The notes beneath the pieces are model-generated. The model did no database searches. It saw only the letters and a list, made by a program, of their open reading frames with translations, and had not been told where the DNA came from. Of a DNA stretch of 64,000 bases, positions 1-10,706 are shown piece by piece (position 1 is the stretch's first letter; each line of letters starts with the position of its first letter). Made by a program: the position numbers and the translations under genes. The stretch covers positions 1 to 64,000 of the forward strand of contig CAVVMW010000019.1 of the NCBI GenBank assembly GCA_963749495.1, written 5' to 3'. Source of the DNA: an uncultured bacterium. Its GTDB lineage: Bacteria; Verrucomicrobiota; Verrucomicrobiia; Limisphaerales; UBA8199.

Positions 1-2315
1 CCTGATCAGGCCCATCGAATCGAAACGCGCCCATCCCCATGCCCAAGGCGACTTCGAGCGTGGCACGAAGGGTTTCGGGGTTGAAATCGAGTTCCCGGAC
101 GAGTTGCGCCAGGGCCTTCTGCTCGGCATCGGCCTGGATCTCGCCGGAGGGGATCGCGTCCTTCGCCTTGCGCTGCTTCTTGGCGATGTCGGCGTCGAGC
201 ATCTTGTCCACCATGTCCACGTCCCGCAGATCCTGGAACCGTCGTTCAAACGCGGCGTCGAACAGGGCGCTGACGGCACCGAGGTCGGTGCGGATGCGCT
301 CGACTTTCCAGAGAACCTTCGATAGGAACTTCAGGTCGGCGTTGTCATCGCTGGTGAAGTGGAAAATGTTTACGTCCCGTGCCTGGCCATGGCGATCCAG
401 ACGACCGTTCCGCTGATCTAATCTCGACGGGTTCCAAGGAATATCGAAATGGAGCAGCAGGCGGGCGGTCTCCTGGAGGTTCTGGCCCTCGCTGGCGGCA
501 TCGGTCGCCGTCAATACCCGCACCAGATCGGTCGGGTCGTTGAAAGCCTTTTTGATGTCTTCCCGATGACGCTCGGTCAGCTCACCGCCGCCATACAACT
601 CGCGGAACCGCTCGCCGGGTTCGTTCGGGAAATCTTCATGCAGCCGCCGCACGAGGTAATCCAGGGTCGTCTTGTATTCCGTGAAAATGATCAGGCGCTC
701 GTCGTCGCTCCAGACGCTGCCGGTGCGGAGCTTGTCCTGGATGAGGCCGCGCAGCCTGCTGTAACGCGCATCCTCGCCCGGATTGGCGACGAGGCCGCTC
801 GACGAGGGCATCAACCCGAGGCGCTCCAGGCAGCGGTCAATGTCGTCGATGGGGCTGGCCAGGACCTGGCGCTTCTTCTTCAACCACGCGCCAACGACGT
901 GGGCTGCGTGGCGGGCGCGGGCCTCCGCCTCTGCGTCGTCATCGGAGTCCTCACCGACCGACCGCTCGACCGCCCTGACCTCGGATTCGCTGGCTTCCTC
1001 CTTCTCCACCAGACCCGCTTTGAACCGGTGCCAGGAGTCCGCGAACGCATACGGGCAAGACAACAGCCGCTTGTTCAGGATCTCGACTGCAAAGTAGCCG
1101 GTGCGCTGTTCGGACCGGCTGCCCGCACTGAACGCGCTGCGCACCGCCAAACGGAACTTCTCGAAGGTTACCGACAGGCGCTTTTCGAGGTCGCCAAAGA
1201 CCAGAGGCAGTGGCTCGATCTTTCGCTCGGAAAACCGAGGCACTCGCCCGGCAGCGGCGTCCGCCTCGTTGATCTTCGACTTCAGACGCCGGATGACGAT
1301 TTCGCTCACACGATCCTGTTCGCGTTTGCCCAGCTCCTCTTTCTTGGTGAATCGGACGGGATCAAGCTGCTCCAGCAGCCCTGAAAAACAGCGCGTGTAA
1401 CCGTTGTGCGGCGTGGCGGTGAGGAAGAGCTTGTGCTCGAAATATCGGGCGATTCGGGTGATGGCCTTCGACAGGGCGCTGTCCTCCCCAAGGTTCGACG
1501 GCATGACGTTGTGCGCCTCGTCCACGATGAGCAAATCAAACGGCAACGTAGCCGCCCCCTCATGGAGGCTCCGGCAGACGGCCTCGAACTGCTCAAGCAC
1601 GTCCGGCTGCTTGAGGTAGTGATACGAGGCGACAGCGCGTTGGAACGTGCGCCAAGGATTGGCATCCATGCCCAGCCGCTTTCGCAGGGCGTGGGTCTCC
1701 GCCCGATCCACGATCTCGAAGCCCAGGTTGAACTTCGACTTCATCTCCTCCTTCCACTGGTAGCGCAGCCAGGCCGGGCAGAGGATTAAGACACGGCGGA
1801 TGCGGCGGCGGCGGATCAGCTCACTGAGGATCAACCCGGCCTCGATGCTCTTGCCCAAGCCCACGTCATCCGCCAGGAGCAGGGAAACGCGGGGCATCTT
1901 GAGCGCCTTGACCAGGGGCTTGAGCTGGAAATCCTCCACCTGGATGGCACCGAACAGCGGGGAAGCAATCGGCAATCGGATGGACTGGCCGTCATCGGCG
2001 GCATGAACGAAGGGGGAGAGGGCCTGCCAGCGTGCGGCACGCTCTACCGCATCGAAGTCGGCCAGCGGCATCGGCGGAGCTGACTCCACGTTCGGTAGGC
2101 TGCGAGGTTCGATGACCTCGCTAATCGGCTCCCGTTCCCAAAGGAGCTGGTCCTCCCGGCTGCCGTCTGGGTCGAGATACTCGACGCCGACCAGGCGGGA
2201 GACCTCGCCCGAACCGGGTTTGATACTCCTGGACGGACGTGACCAGCGCCCGCCGTTTTCTGACCACGGCGACCATTCCCACACGAGGCGTCTGGACTGG
2301 CTGCGCAGCGTTCAT
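1..2315 (-). CDS. drmD: SNF2-family helicase, DISARM class I DrmD-like (runs off the left edge; apparent 1-nt frameshift near 2222)
   Basis: Manual minus-strand translation gives the N-terminus PRVGMVAVVRKRRALVTSV, then LLLADDVGLGKSIEAGLI (motif I), LIVDEAHN (II), LFLTATPHNG (III), ATDAASEGQNLQ (V) and IPWNPSRLDQRNGRLDRHGQ (VI). The family call is from recalled DrmD motifs. Confidence 0.75.
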
Positions 2316-2888
2316 AACCCAAAAGCCAACGCCTTCAGCTCTGAACCGCGATCTACGCCAGGATGGCCGACCGGAACCGGGGCCGGAGGACGGCGTGGAG
2401 ATTAGCAAAAAGTATCCAGGCGCGACAAGAACGCATTACGCCTTTCTTGTCCAGTCATTTACCGGGACAAGCGACCATGATGACGAGCACCACGGCGAAT
2501 GGCGCAGTTTGTCCGCTTGTGCGCTCTTGCAGAACGCCTTCCTGGTCGCGGAATGGTCGTGGTGAACAAGAGCCACCGACCACCGACATGGCCGGTGCCC
2601 TCGGGCCGGTCAAGGGCTTGCTCGTGGAAAATGGGGATGGCCGTTCTTGCCGAACGGTTTGCTCGTCGAGGACTGGCGTGAACGAGCGTGGCCAGGGCTG
2701 CCTGTTGTTCAACCGATCCAGCCAGGCAGCGGAGGCGAACCGCCCGCCGCTCCGACACGATAACAGTCCCTCGCGGCCCCCGCCGCTGGCCACGCCGCCG
2801 TCCGCAGTTTGGCCTTCTTGCAGAACGGCTCGCCGGTCACAGAATGGTCATAGCCGACAAGGGCTGGGGTATGATCGTGCCACTGTGC

Positions 2889-3016
2889 GGCTGGCTCCAG
2901 ACGGTCAATATCTGTGGGCGTCAGTATGTGACCGACAAGGGCCTCGCCGAGTTTATGCGCGGGCGGAGGCCGGCGAGTTTGCCCCAAAGCGCAGAGCACT
3001 GAAGCGGGCACGTTGA
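2889..3016 (+). pseudogene. remnant of a small DNA-binding/excisionase-like protein
   Basis: GWLQTVNICGRQYVTDKGLAEFM joins by frameshift to RAEAGEFAPKRRALKRAR. This resembles the wing and C-terminus of small mobile-element HTH proteins; the N-terminus is not recognisable. Confidence 0.3.
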
Positions 3017-3050
3017 TCCGCTTTGGCACCTGAGAAGCCCTGCCGGTAAT

Positions 3051-3860
3051 TCAGCGGGTGTCGCCTCGGAGCAGGTTGGATCGCGCCAGCGCCTTCAAAA
3101 CCGTCTTCAACTGCTCCGGCAGCAGCCGCTGGCCCTCTGCTTCCAGGTGCTCGAAATTCGGATACTCCGCGATTGGCGCTTCCACCGTGCCCGCTCCGCC
3201 TGGTGCCTGGCCGCCTCCGTCCTTCAACACGCCGAAGATGCCCGCCAGCATGGCGTTTTGTTCGCCGATCTGCTTTGTCAACCGCTCCAGACTGCGCGTT
3301 TCCCAAAACTCGCCCTCGTCGCTCACCTTGCTCAGCAAACCCAACCGCTTGGCCTCGTCCAGGAGCGCCACCACGCCCAAGTGGCACCGGAGGAAATTGG
3401 GCAGGCCCCCGCAGCGCGGGTCGCTGGCGTAGTGCGTCTTGCAGCACGAGCGCCACGACCAGCCTTCCAGCTTCGTCTGGAGTTTGCCGCACTGCGGGTG
3501 AGAGACCTCACCGGGGAACCGGCACAACCCGAAATTGGCCGGTTCGGAGCCGTCGCCCGGTTCGGTCTCAAAGGCGATGACGTGCCGGGGGTGGACATCG
3601 ATTCGACGGGTGATGCCCTGGCGCTTCTCCGATGACGATGCAGCAAGTGCAACATGGGCCTGCGCCTGGATTAACAACCATCGGTTCGGATCGTCCTCGG
3701 CCCGCTGGCTCCAATCGCACTGGTCGCCCCGGAACTCGGCAATCTCGCCAACGTGTTCCAGGAGCAGATCGAGTGCGGCCTGACGGAGTTGCTGGAGCAG
3801 CTTGCGGGCGTGTGCTTCGTCGCCTGTGGCCGCGAGTTCATAGTGAATGGTCAGGCCCAT
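3051..3860 (-). CDS. conserved hypothetical protein
   Basis: Natural-looking ORF from MGLTIHYEL, with GSEPANFGLC, WRSCCKTHYASDP and DEGEFWE blocks. Confidence 0.6.
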   Translation of the reverse strand: MGLTIHYELAATGDEAHARKLLQQLRQAALDLLLEHVGEIAEFRGDQCDWSQRAEDDPNRWLLIQAQAHVALAASSSEKRQGITRRIDVHPRHVIAFETEPGDGSEPANFGLCRFPGEVSHPQCGKLQTKLEGWSWRSCCKTHYASDPRCGGLPNFLRCHLGVVALLDEAKRLGLLSKVSDEGEFWETRSLERLTKQIGEQNAMLAGIFGVLKDGGGQAPGGAGTVEAPIAEYPNFEHLEAEGQRLLPEQLKTVLKALARSNLLRGDTR

Positions 3861-4064
3861 ATTCTGTCGTTGGCGTTCATGGTGCAACGCGCCGGTCAGT
3901 CCGTCACCAACGAAATCTCGGTGTCGGTGTTGCCCCCCGCGACAGGTGCCCAGGTGCAGAAGGGGGCCAGCGTGAGCTAAATCCGGGCTGTTCGGACCCG
4001 ACGTGCCGCCGTTGAAGCCGCCGCTGTTCACCTTGGCGGCTGCCAGGAACGCATGGCCCCGCCG

Positions 4065-4559
4065 TCATGCGCGTTCCAGCAAGTAATCAACCAGTTGCCG
4101 GGCGGTCACCGATTCTCGTGGCGTGGCCCGGAAGCGGACATGGACTCGGTTGCGCGTGGTGAGCCAGTCCCTGGGCGAGCGGCGCGGAAGGTCAAACAAG
4201 TTGGCGCGGTCGCGCTCCGGCCCGAGCACCTTGCGCAGGAGCCGGACGATGCCCTGGGACGTTGCGTTGCCGGTCAGAAAACGCGCTTCGGGGTATAGCG
4301 CCGGGAGGTTCGCCGCAAACTCGCGCAGCAGGGCCTCGCCCAGACCGGCGTTCTGATACCGGGAGTTGATCTCCAGGTGCTCGATTTCGATGGTGTATTT
4401 GCCGCTCGGACGCCACCAGATGATGCCCACCGGCTCGCCACGCGGTGTCACGACAGCGATGTTGCCGTTATCCAGCTCCGGCTTGAAGAACAGGTTCCTG
4501 CCAGGGACGCGCTTCATAGATCCAGGTCCATGCCTTAAATGCAACTCCGTCCTCCTCAT
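4065..4559 (-). CDS. GNAT-fold acetyltransferase-like protein
   Basis: IEHLEINSRYQNAGLGEALL matches GNAT motif A (Q/RxxGxG). Confidence 0.55.
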   Translation of the reverse strand: MRRTELHLRHGPGSMKRVPGRNLFFKPELDNGNIAVVTPRGEPVGIIWWRPSGKYTIEIEHLEINSRYQNAGLGEALLREFAANLPALYPEARFLTGNATSQGIVRLLRKVLGPERDRANLFDLPRRSPRDWLTTRNRVHVRFRATPRESVTARQLVDYLLERA

Positions 4560-4718
4560 TGCGAGAGCACGAAAACGCCTGCGGTGAGGCCGGCCCAGAC
4601 GCTCGCCTGGCGGTGGAAAGCCGCCGCCCGGCCCCTGCTGGCCCCGATACTGGCCCAGGAGTTGGGGCACGGGGTTTGGCTTGTTGCTGGAGAGCAACCG
4701 CGATAGCGTGCGGACATC

Positions 4719-5744
4719 GTGAACCTGAAACGCAAGAACCTCGGACTCCCGGCGCGTTGTGTCCTGGCCTTCGCCTTTTCACTCTCGGGCCTAGCGCACG
4801 CGCTGGGCGGCAGCACGCCGGAGCCACAGAGCCGTCAGGCTGTCCTCAGAATTGAGGAAGGTTACGTTGATGCCGGGAGCGTCCTGATCTACTACAAGTC
4901 CTTCGGCAGTGGCCCGCCGTTGCTCATGCTCCACGGCGGGCCGGGGGCATCTCACGACTATTTTCTGCCGCATCTTGTGCCGCTGGCCCGCAGGAACCGG
5001 CTGGTGCTCATCGATGAGCGCGGCAGTGGCAAGTCGAGCAAACTGGAGAACGCTGCCGAATACACGGTGGAGAACATGGTCGAGGACGCTGAAGCCGTCC
5101 GACAGGCTCTCCGGCTTGGACAGATCAATCTCCTGGGCCATTCCTGCGGCGGTGTGCTGGCCCAAGCCTATGCCCTCAAATATCAGAAGCATCTCAAGCA
5201 CCTGGTGCTTTGCAGCACGTTCCACAGCACGAGAGAAATGAACGAGGTTTTCAAGGCCATGAAAGCCGGAATGTCCCCGGAGTTGAGGGAACGGATCGAC
5301 AAGTTGGAAGCGGCTGGCCTCTACGGTTGCGGCAAGGGTTATGAGAAGAACCGCTATCCCTCCGAATACATGGTTGCCGCTTGGGGAGAAGGCTACTTTC
5401 CATATCTCTTTCAGAAGCGCCCAGACGCGAATTTTGACCCGAACGCTGCCGGGAACATGGCCTGGGACGTTTACCGTGAGATGTGGGGATCACACGGTGA
5501 GTTCGTCATCAACGGCAACCTGGCCTCGGTCGAATACGCTGGCCGGTTGCCCTCGATCAAAGTGCCGACATTGATCACCGTTGGCGATCATGACGAATGT
5601 GCCCCATCCCTTTCCCGCGAGATGAAGGCGCTGATACCGGGATCGAAGCTTGTGGTGCTGCCGGAAAGCGGGCACATGACTTTCGTGGATCAACCGCGCC
5701 TGTTCCTTGAAGCGGTGCAGGGTTTTCTCTCGGCGGGCGAGTGA
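4719..5744 (+). CDS. secreted proline iminopeptidase-like alpha/beta hydrolase (S33)
   Basis: Signal peptide, LHGGPG oxyanion motif, GHSCGG nucleophile, GDHD acid and SGH histidine. Confidence 0.85.
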   Translation: MNLKRKNLGLPARCVLAFAFSLSGLAHALGGSTPEPQSRQAVLRIEEGYVDAGSVLIYYKSFGSGPPLLMLHGGPGASHDYFLPHLVPLARRNRLVLIDERGSGKSSKLENAAEYTVENMVEDAEAVRQALRLGQINLLGHSCGGVLAQAYALKYQKHLKHLVLCSTFHSTREMNEVFKAMKAGMSPELRERIDKLEAAGLYGCGKGYEKNRYPSEYMVAAWGEGYFPYLFQKRPDANFDPNAAGNMAWDVYREMWGSHGEFVINGNLASVEYAGRLPSIKVPTLITVGDHDECAPSLSREMKALIPGSKLVVLPESGHMTFVDQPRLFLEAVQGFLSAGE

Positions 5745-5775
5745 GCACCCAGCCACGATCCACGAGAGCACCGGT

Positions 5776-7425
5776 ATGAACGGCAAGTTCTTCGTGTTGC
5801 TTCTGTCCTCCCTTCTCTCAGTTGGGGCCGCGCCGGTCGGTTCAGTGCGCGTGATGCTGCCCTCGCAGGCACCGCCTTCGATACAGAACACGGCGCGGAT
5901 TCTTGAACGCCAGGTCGCGCAGCGATGCAGGGCCAAAGTCACCACCACGGGCGAGTCTGCCTTGACCCTTGAACTTGTCATCGAGCCGGGCGTCGGCGGG
6001 GAGAGATTCAGGATTGCCGATGGCCCATCCGGGGCCGTCCGCGTCATTGGCAACGACGAGCGGGGGTTGCTCTACGGCGTGGGCAAACTGCTCAGGGGTT
6101 CGCGCTTCGACCAAGGAGGCTTCACGCCCGGCACTTGGCGCGGGCAATCGGTGCCACAGGGACAGTTTCGCGCCATCTACCTGGCCAGTCATTTTCGGAA
6201 CTTTTACGAAGTCGCACCGTCTGCGGAAGCGCAGGAATACCTTGAAGATCTCGCGCTATGGGGTTTCAACACGGTCATTGTTCACTTTCCCCAGTTCCAG
6301 TTTCAGGATTTCAACGACCCCGGCGCACGCAAGCTGCTGAATCAACTGCGGGGCTTGTTCCGGGCCGCGAAGGCGGCGGGAATGGACGTTGGGCTGGTGG
6401 AGGCGTCCAATCAGGGCTTCGCTTCCACGCCGAAGGAGTTCCTCGCCCATCCGGTCCCGGACGGGTGGGGCCGTCGAGGCAGTTTGGGCGTCAATCTTTG
6501 CCCTGCCAAGCCGCCCGCTCACCAATTGCTGCTGGCGAATTGGTCGGCATTGCTCGATCAGTTCTCCGACACCGGGTTGGATTGGGTGGTGTCCTGGCCC
6601 TACGACGAAGGCGGCTGCGGCTGTTCCCAATGCTGGCCGTGGGGCGTCCGGGGGCACGTCGATTTAACCAAGGCCATCTCACAACTGGCGCGGCGGAAGT
6701 ATCCACGCTGCCGGTTCGTGTTGTCCACCTGGGTTTACGATTCCCCGCCTGTGGGGGAGTGGACCGGCCTGGCCAGGGTGCTGGCCGAGGACCACGGCTG
6801 GGTGGACTGTTTAATGGCCGACGCGCATGAAGACTACCCGCGCTACCCGCTGGATAATCCCGTGCCCGGTGGTCTGCCGCTGCTGAATTTCCCTGAGATC
6901 AGCATGTGGGGCCGGTCGCCTTGGGGCGGCTTTGGGGCGACACCCCTGCCCGCCCGCTTTCAGCGGCTCTGGAACCAGGTGAAGCAAAAGGTGCGCGGCG
7001 GGATGCCCTATTCCGAGGGCATTTACGAGGACATCAACAAGGTCATCTGCGGTCAGTTTTACTGGGACAAGGACCGCGCCGCCCTGGACACGGTGCGCGA
7101 ATACATCGGCTTCGAGTTCTCGCCCGAAGTGGTGGAGGATGTATTGGCGGCCATCAACCTTCTCGAAGAAACGCACACCAAGCTCAGCGAGAAAAGCCTC
7201 AAGGCCCGTGAACTGTTGCAGCAGGCGGAAGTCCGCCTCACTGCTCAAGCCCGGAAATCGTGGCGCTGGCGGATGTTGGTTCTGCGCAGCGTGGTGGACG
7301 CGGAGCGGTATGCCAGCGGAGAAGAGGGCAGCAAGGCGAACCCCGTCTTGAAGCGGGCTTTCGAGGAACTAACGGTGATTCAGCACGCCGAACATGCACT
7401 TCAGCGCCCGCCACAGTTACCGTGA
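5776..7425 (+). CDS. secreted glycoside hydrolase-like protein (GH20/GH67-type N-terminal domain plus probable TIM barrel)
   Basis: Signal peptide, VIGNDERGLLYGVGKLLR (hexosaminidase-like domain 2 motif) and WPYDEGG. Confidence 0.55.
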   Translation: MNGKFFVLLLSSLLSVGAAPVGSVRVMLPSQAPPSIQNTARILERQVAQRCRAKVTTTGESALTLELVIEPGVGGERFRIADGPSGAVRVIGNDERGLLYGVGKLLRGSRFDQGGFTPGTWRGQSVPQGQFRAIYLASHFRNFYEVAPSAEAQEYLEDLALWGFNTVIVHFPQFQFQDFNDPGARKLLNQLRGLFRAAKAAGMDVGLVEASNQGFASTPKEFLAHPVPDGWGRRGSLGVNLCPAKPPAHQLLLANWSALLDQFSDTGLDWVVSWPYDEGGCGCSQCWPWGVRGHVDLTKAISQLARRKYPRCRFVLSTWVYDSPPVGEWTGLARVLAEDHGWVDCLMADAHEDYPRYPLDNPVPGGLPLLNFPEISMWGRSPWGGFGATPLPARFQRLWNQVKQKVRGGMPYSEGIYEDINKVICGQFYWDKDRAALDTVREYIGFEFSPEVVEDVLAAINLLEETHTKLSEKSLKARELLQQAEVRLTAQARKSWRWRMLVLRSVVDAERYASGEEGSKANPVLKRAFEELTVIQHAEHALQRPPQLP

Positions 7426-7608
7426 GGCGGGCGACAAAGACCTGGAGCGTCTCGATGCCCTGGAAAGCCAGTGGCCGGACGCCCCATTATGTTCCGTCCT
7501 CGTAGGAAACTCAGGATGGAAGCAGCGGCTCCTGAAACCCAACCTGGTCGCACCTGAAGGTAACGGTCCCGCATCCAGGGCTGGCGGAAAACCAAACTCC
7601 AAGTTAAA

Positions 7609-8883
7609 ATGCCCAGAAAACCAATTCCCGCGCCGCGCATGAACCGCATGATTTCCACAGCATCGCGAAGCCTGACAAACCGGCCCGAACCCTTGGTGAG
7701 CCGCCTGCACTTGGGCGCTGCCTGCGGGTGGTTCGTTTGCATCGTCTCTTTCCGGCACCCGATCAGAGTCCAAGCGGTTCTGCTGGCAAGCCTGGTCTGC
7801 ACTGCCGAGGCTCCGGCACGGTCTGAACCCGCCCCTCTCCGATTTGGGATCGTCGGGTTGACCCATGACCATGCGCGGGGTTTCATTCCCGGTGTTACCG
7901 CCCGGCAGGACATCCAGCTCGTCGGAATCGCGGAGCCGAACGCCGAATTGGCTCGAACGTATGCCATGAACTACCACCTGAGCACCAACCTTTTCTATGG
8001 CAGCCTGGAGGAAATGCTCGAAAAGGCCCGGCCCCAGGCGGTGGGCGTCTTCACCAGCACGTTCGAGCACCGCCGCGTCGTGGAGACGTGCGCCCCACGG
8101 GGCATCCACGTCATGATGGAGAAGCCCCTTGCGGTCAATATGGAGCACGCCCAGGCCATTGCAGCCGCCGCCAGGAAGGCCGGGATTCAGGTGGTGGTGA
8201 ACTACGAAACCACCTGGTATGCAGCCAACCAGGCGGCGTTCGACCTGGTCAACCGCGAGAAGTTGGTCGGCGACCTGCGCAAGGTTGTGGTCCACGACGG
8301 CCATCAGGGGCCAAAGGAGATCGGGTGTTCGGCGGCATTCCTGGGATGGCTGACGGACCCGGTGTTGAACGGCGGGGGCGCTCTTACCGATTTTGGCTGC
8401 TACGGTGCCGACCTGATTACCTGGTTGATGAACGGGCAGCGGCCTGTCTCGGTGGTCGCGGTGACCCAGCAGATCAAGCCGCAGGTGTATCCCAAGGTGG
8501 AGGACGAGGCCACGATCATCCTGACGTATCCCCAGGCCCAGGGCATCATCCAGGCTTCCTGGAACTGGCCGTTCAACCGGAAGGACATGGAGGTTTATGG
8601 CAAGAGCGGCTACATCCTGGTGCCGGAAAAGGACCGGCTGCGGGTGCGCACGGGCGGCTCGGAGGAAAAGGAACGGAGCGCGTCTGCCCTTGCCGCACCG
8701 AACAACGACCCGGTGTCCTACCTGGGAGCGGTAGTGCGCGGTGAAATACGGCCCTCCGGGCTTTCGTCACTCGAAGTGAACCTCATCGTGACGGAGATTC
8801 TGGACGCTGCACGCCTTTCTGCCCAAACCGGCAAGCGAGTAGATTTGCCTGCCGAGATGGGCGGCAAAGCCAAGCAGCGATGA
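7609..8883 (+). CDS. Gfo/Idh/MocA oxidoreductase (true start probably further downstream)
   Basis: RFGIVGLTHDH, HVMMEKPLA and GGGALTDFGCYG motifs. Confidence 0.85.
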   Translation: MPRKPIPAPRMNRMISTASRSLTNRPEPLVSRLHLGAACGWFVCIVSFRHPIRVQAVLLASLVCTAEAPARSEPAPLRFGIVGLTHDHARGFIPGVTARQDIQLVGIAEPNAELARTYAMNYHLSTNLFYGSLEEMLEKARPQAVGVFTSTFEHRRVVETCAPRGIHVMMEKPLAVNMEHAQAIAAAARKAGIQVVVNYETTWYAANQAAFDLVNREKLVGDLRKVVVHDGHQGPKEIGCSAAFLGWLTDPVLNGGGALTDFGCYGADLITWLMNGQRPVSVVAVTQQIKPQVYPKVEDEATIILTYPQAQGIIQASWNWPFNRKDMEVYGKSGYILVPEKDRLRVRTGGSEEKERSASALAAPNNDPVSYLGAVVRGEIRPSGLSSLEVNLIVTEILDAARLSAQTGKRVDLPAEMGGKAKQR

Positions 8884-8974
8884 GAGCAGTTAAACCGTCT
8901 GGCTCTGGCGCTGGGAGGAGGCAAAGACCTCCGGGAGCGATGACCACCGCTGGCCCCACCTGACCGGCGGCGGT

Positions 8975-9757
8975 TCATTCGTGACCATGGTTGCGCGGCC
9001 TGCCGCCCAACGCCCCGTTGGCACGGGCGGCGCGGACTTTCGCCTCTGACCTTGAGCGGCCTCCCTTCCGGCCCAACAACGTCGCGATAGGCCCCAAGCG
9101 GTTGGGTAATCGGGCGAACAGCGCGAGGTCTCTGTTCTGCGCATAGAGGCCGACCGGTTCACCGGTGATACGCCTCTCTACCTCGAAATCCCTCCACCTC
9201 ACCCACGCCCGCGTCACAGCACCCGATCCGGGAAACAAATCGTCAAACTGATCTCCGGGCTGCATGGCTAACACCTCGAACAACCAGTAACAAACAAAGT
9301 CGGGTTTGACGCCGCACAAGCCGCGCTCCATCGTAATGTTCTCCGCCACCCAATCGCGGACGATGAACCGGCCTTTTCTTGACCGGCAGGGCTTGTAGAT
9401 GATCGGCTCCCAGGCATAGCCTGGATTTGCGGCCTTGAAACTCGCGAAGGGTTTGACCCATGCGGCGACTCGAACGCCGGGTGGACAAACTGCCAGGATT
9501 GCCTGGAGGGAGGGCGAGGAGCACGACAGCGCCCAGCCATCATAGTTGTCGCTGAGGCGACGGATCAGTTCCTCATGATCAACCTCGGCGCACCGAGGAT
9601 CGTGGCTGTAGTGCCGGAGGGCTTGGCCGACATAGGGTGGGTCGCCGAAGCCGCATTTCTTCCGTTCCGTCGCAGCTCCTGTTGGGAGGGCCGATGTGGT
9701 GGTTTCTTTCGCGCCAGTGGAGGCGGAACCTTCGTGGTCGATGTTCTGGATGCTCAT
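8975..9757 (-). CDS. compact phage-type DNA amino-methyltransferase (beta-class motif order) with a basic C-terminal tail
   Basis: FGDPPY (motif IV) precedes DDLFPGSG (motif I); WVKP and YAWEP blocks; C-terminal LGRKGGRSRSEAKVRAARANGALGGRP. Confidence 0.7.
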   Translation of the reverse strand: MSIQNIDHEGSASTGAKETTTSALPTGAATERKKCGFGDPPYVGQALRHYSHDPRCAEVDHEELIRRLSDNYDGWALSCSSPSLQAILAVCPPGVRVAAWVKPFASFKAANPGYAWEPIIYKPCRSRKGRFIVRDWVAENITMERGLCGVKPDFVCYWLFEVLAMQPGDQFDDLFPGSGAVTRAWVRWRDFEVERRITGEPVGLYAQNRDLALFARLPNRLGPIATLLGRKGGRSRSEAKVRAARANGALGGRPRNHGHE

Positions 9758-9829
9758 CGACCACAAGAACCGAGTCGGTTGGGTTTGCGCGGATGCCGAG
9801 GCGTGAAGCGACTCAGCTCGCGTTGGGTG

Positions 9830-9847
9830 GATTTTGTAAACAATTTC
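9830..9847 (+). promoter_or_regulatory. operator-like palindrome copy 1 (GATTTTGTAAACAATTTC)
   Basis: 13-mer GATTTTGTWWACA seen four times in the module. Confidence 0.5.
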
Positions 9848-9953
9848 TCGCGAGCTGGGGACGCTCACAGTGACCCAGGTCACGCGGGGTTCGGGCGGCG
9901 CACCATCCGCCAGGTAGATAACGCGTGGCTCGGTCGTTGGCCACAAGAAGCCT

Positions 9954-10376
9954 ATGACTGCAATTTTTGTTGAACCCGAAATGGTCGCGTCAGCTCGCTA
10001 CGCGCAGATGATGCCCGCAACTCCGATCCTGCCGACCAATAGCAGGTCCCCGCAGGCCGCACCGGATCGGCGCTCCAGCGAGGAGGGCACGGGGTTTTGG
10101 ACCGACATCATCATGGAGAACTTGCGGATCGAGAACGGGCCGATGGCCATCACCACCCTGGTCAACACCACCGCAAAATGGGGTGATTACAATCGCCGAG
10201 TTGACCGCGAGCAGCGGAAAGTTCAGTTGCTCAAACTCTTGGGACAAATGATTCGGACGGGCGTGCTGGATCGAGTTGCGCGTAACTTCGTGGTTCTTCC
10301 GGCCAGTGATGAGAGGCGAGAAGCGTATTTGAAACAAGCCGCTGCGCCTGTTGACCTTCCCGCGCCGCGTGTTTGA
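9954..10376 (+). CDS. hypothetical protein, possible winged-helix
   Basis: Natural composition; QLLKLLGQMIRTGVLDRVARNFVV resembles a recognition helix plus wing. Confidence 0.45.
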   Translation: MTAIFVEPEMVASARYAQMMPATPILPTNSRSPQAAPDRRSSEEGTGFWTDIIMENLRIENGPMAITTLVNTTAKWGDYNRRVDREQRKVQLLKLLGQMIRTGVLDRVARNFVVLPASDERREAYLKQAAAPVDLPAPRV

Positions 10377-10706
10377 GCCTTGCCCTCACCGGTGCGCCGA
10401 GAGTGCCAATGAGAGCGCCTTCTCGCTGTTCCCCGACGACCGGCGTGCAAGTCCTTGTCGCATCGGCGTGTCGAGTAGTTTTGCAGCCGCAATGGATGAC
10501 TGTAGCCTAGGGATTCCCGTCAAGAGGAAACATTCAGCCATTGCGCGTTCGTCCCAATTGAACGACCGGAACAAGATCACTTGCAAACATCCCGTTGCGG
10601 TTCTCCGGCGCAAGCCCCGAGGCGGTGCTGAGGCCGGGTGCGATACTGCTTAGGCGCACAGGTCCGCGCCGCAGCCGCCGAACTTGGCGGGCCTCCGGCG
10701 AGGCCC

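Noticed and set aside
4580..4680. GC-rich hairpins upstream of the peptidase as a riboswitch
   Set aside because: No recognisable aptamer consensus; an Rfam search would be needed.
10380..10410. CIRCE-like GAGTGCCAA near the GroES-like gene
   Set aside because: Only a half-site, with no partner at N9 spacing, and downstream of the gene.
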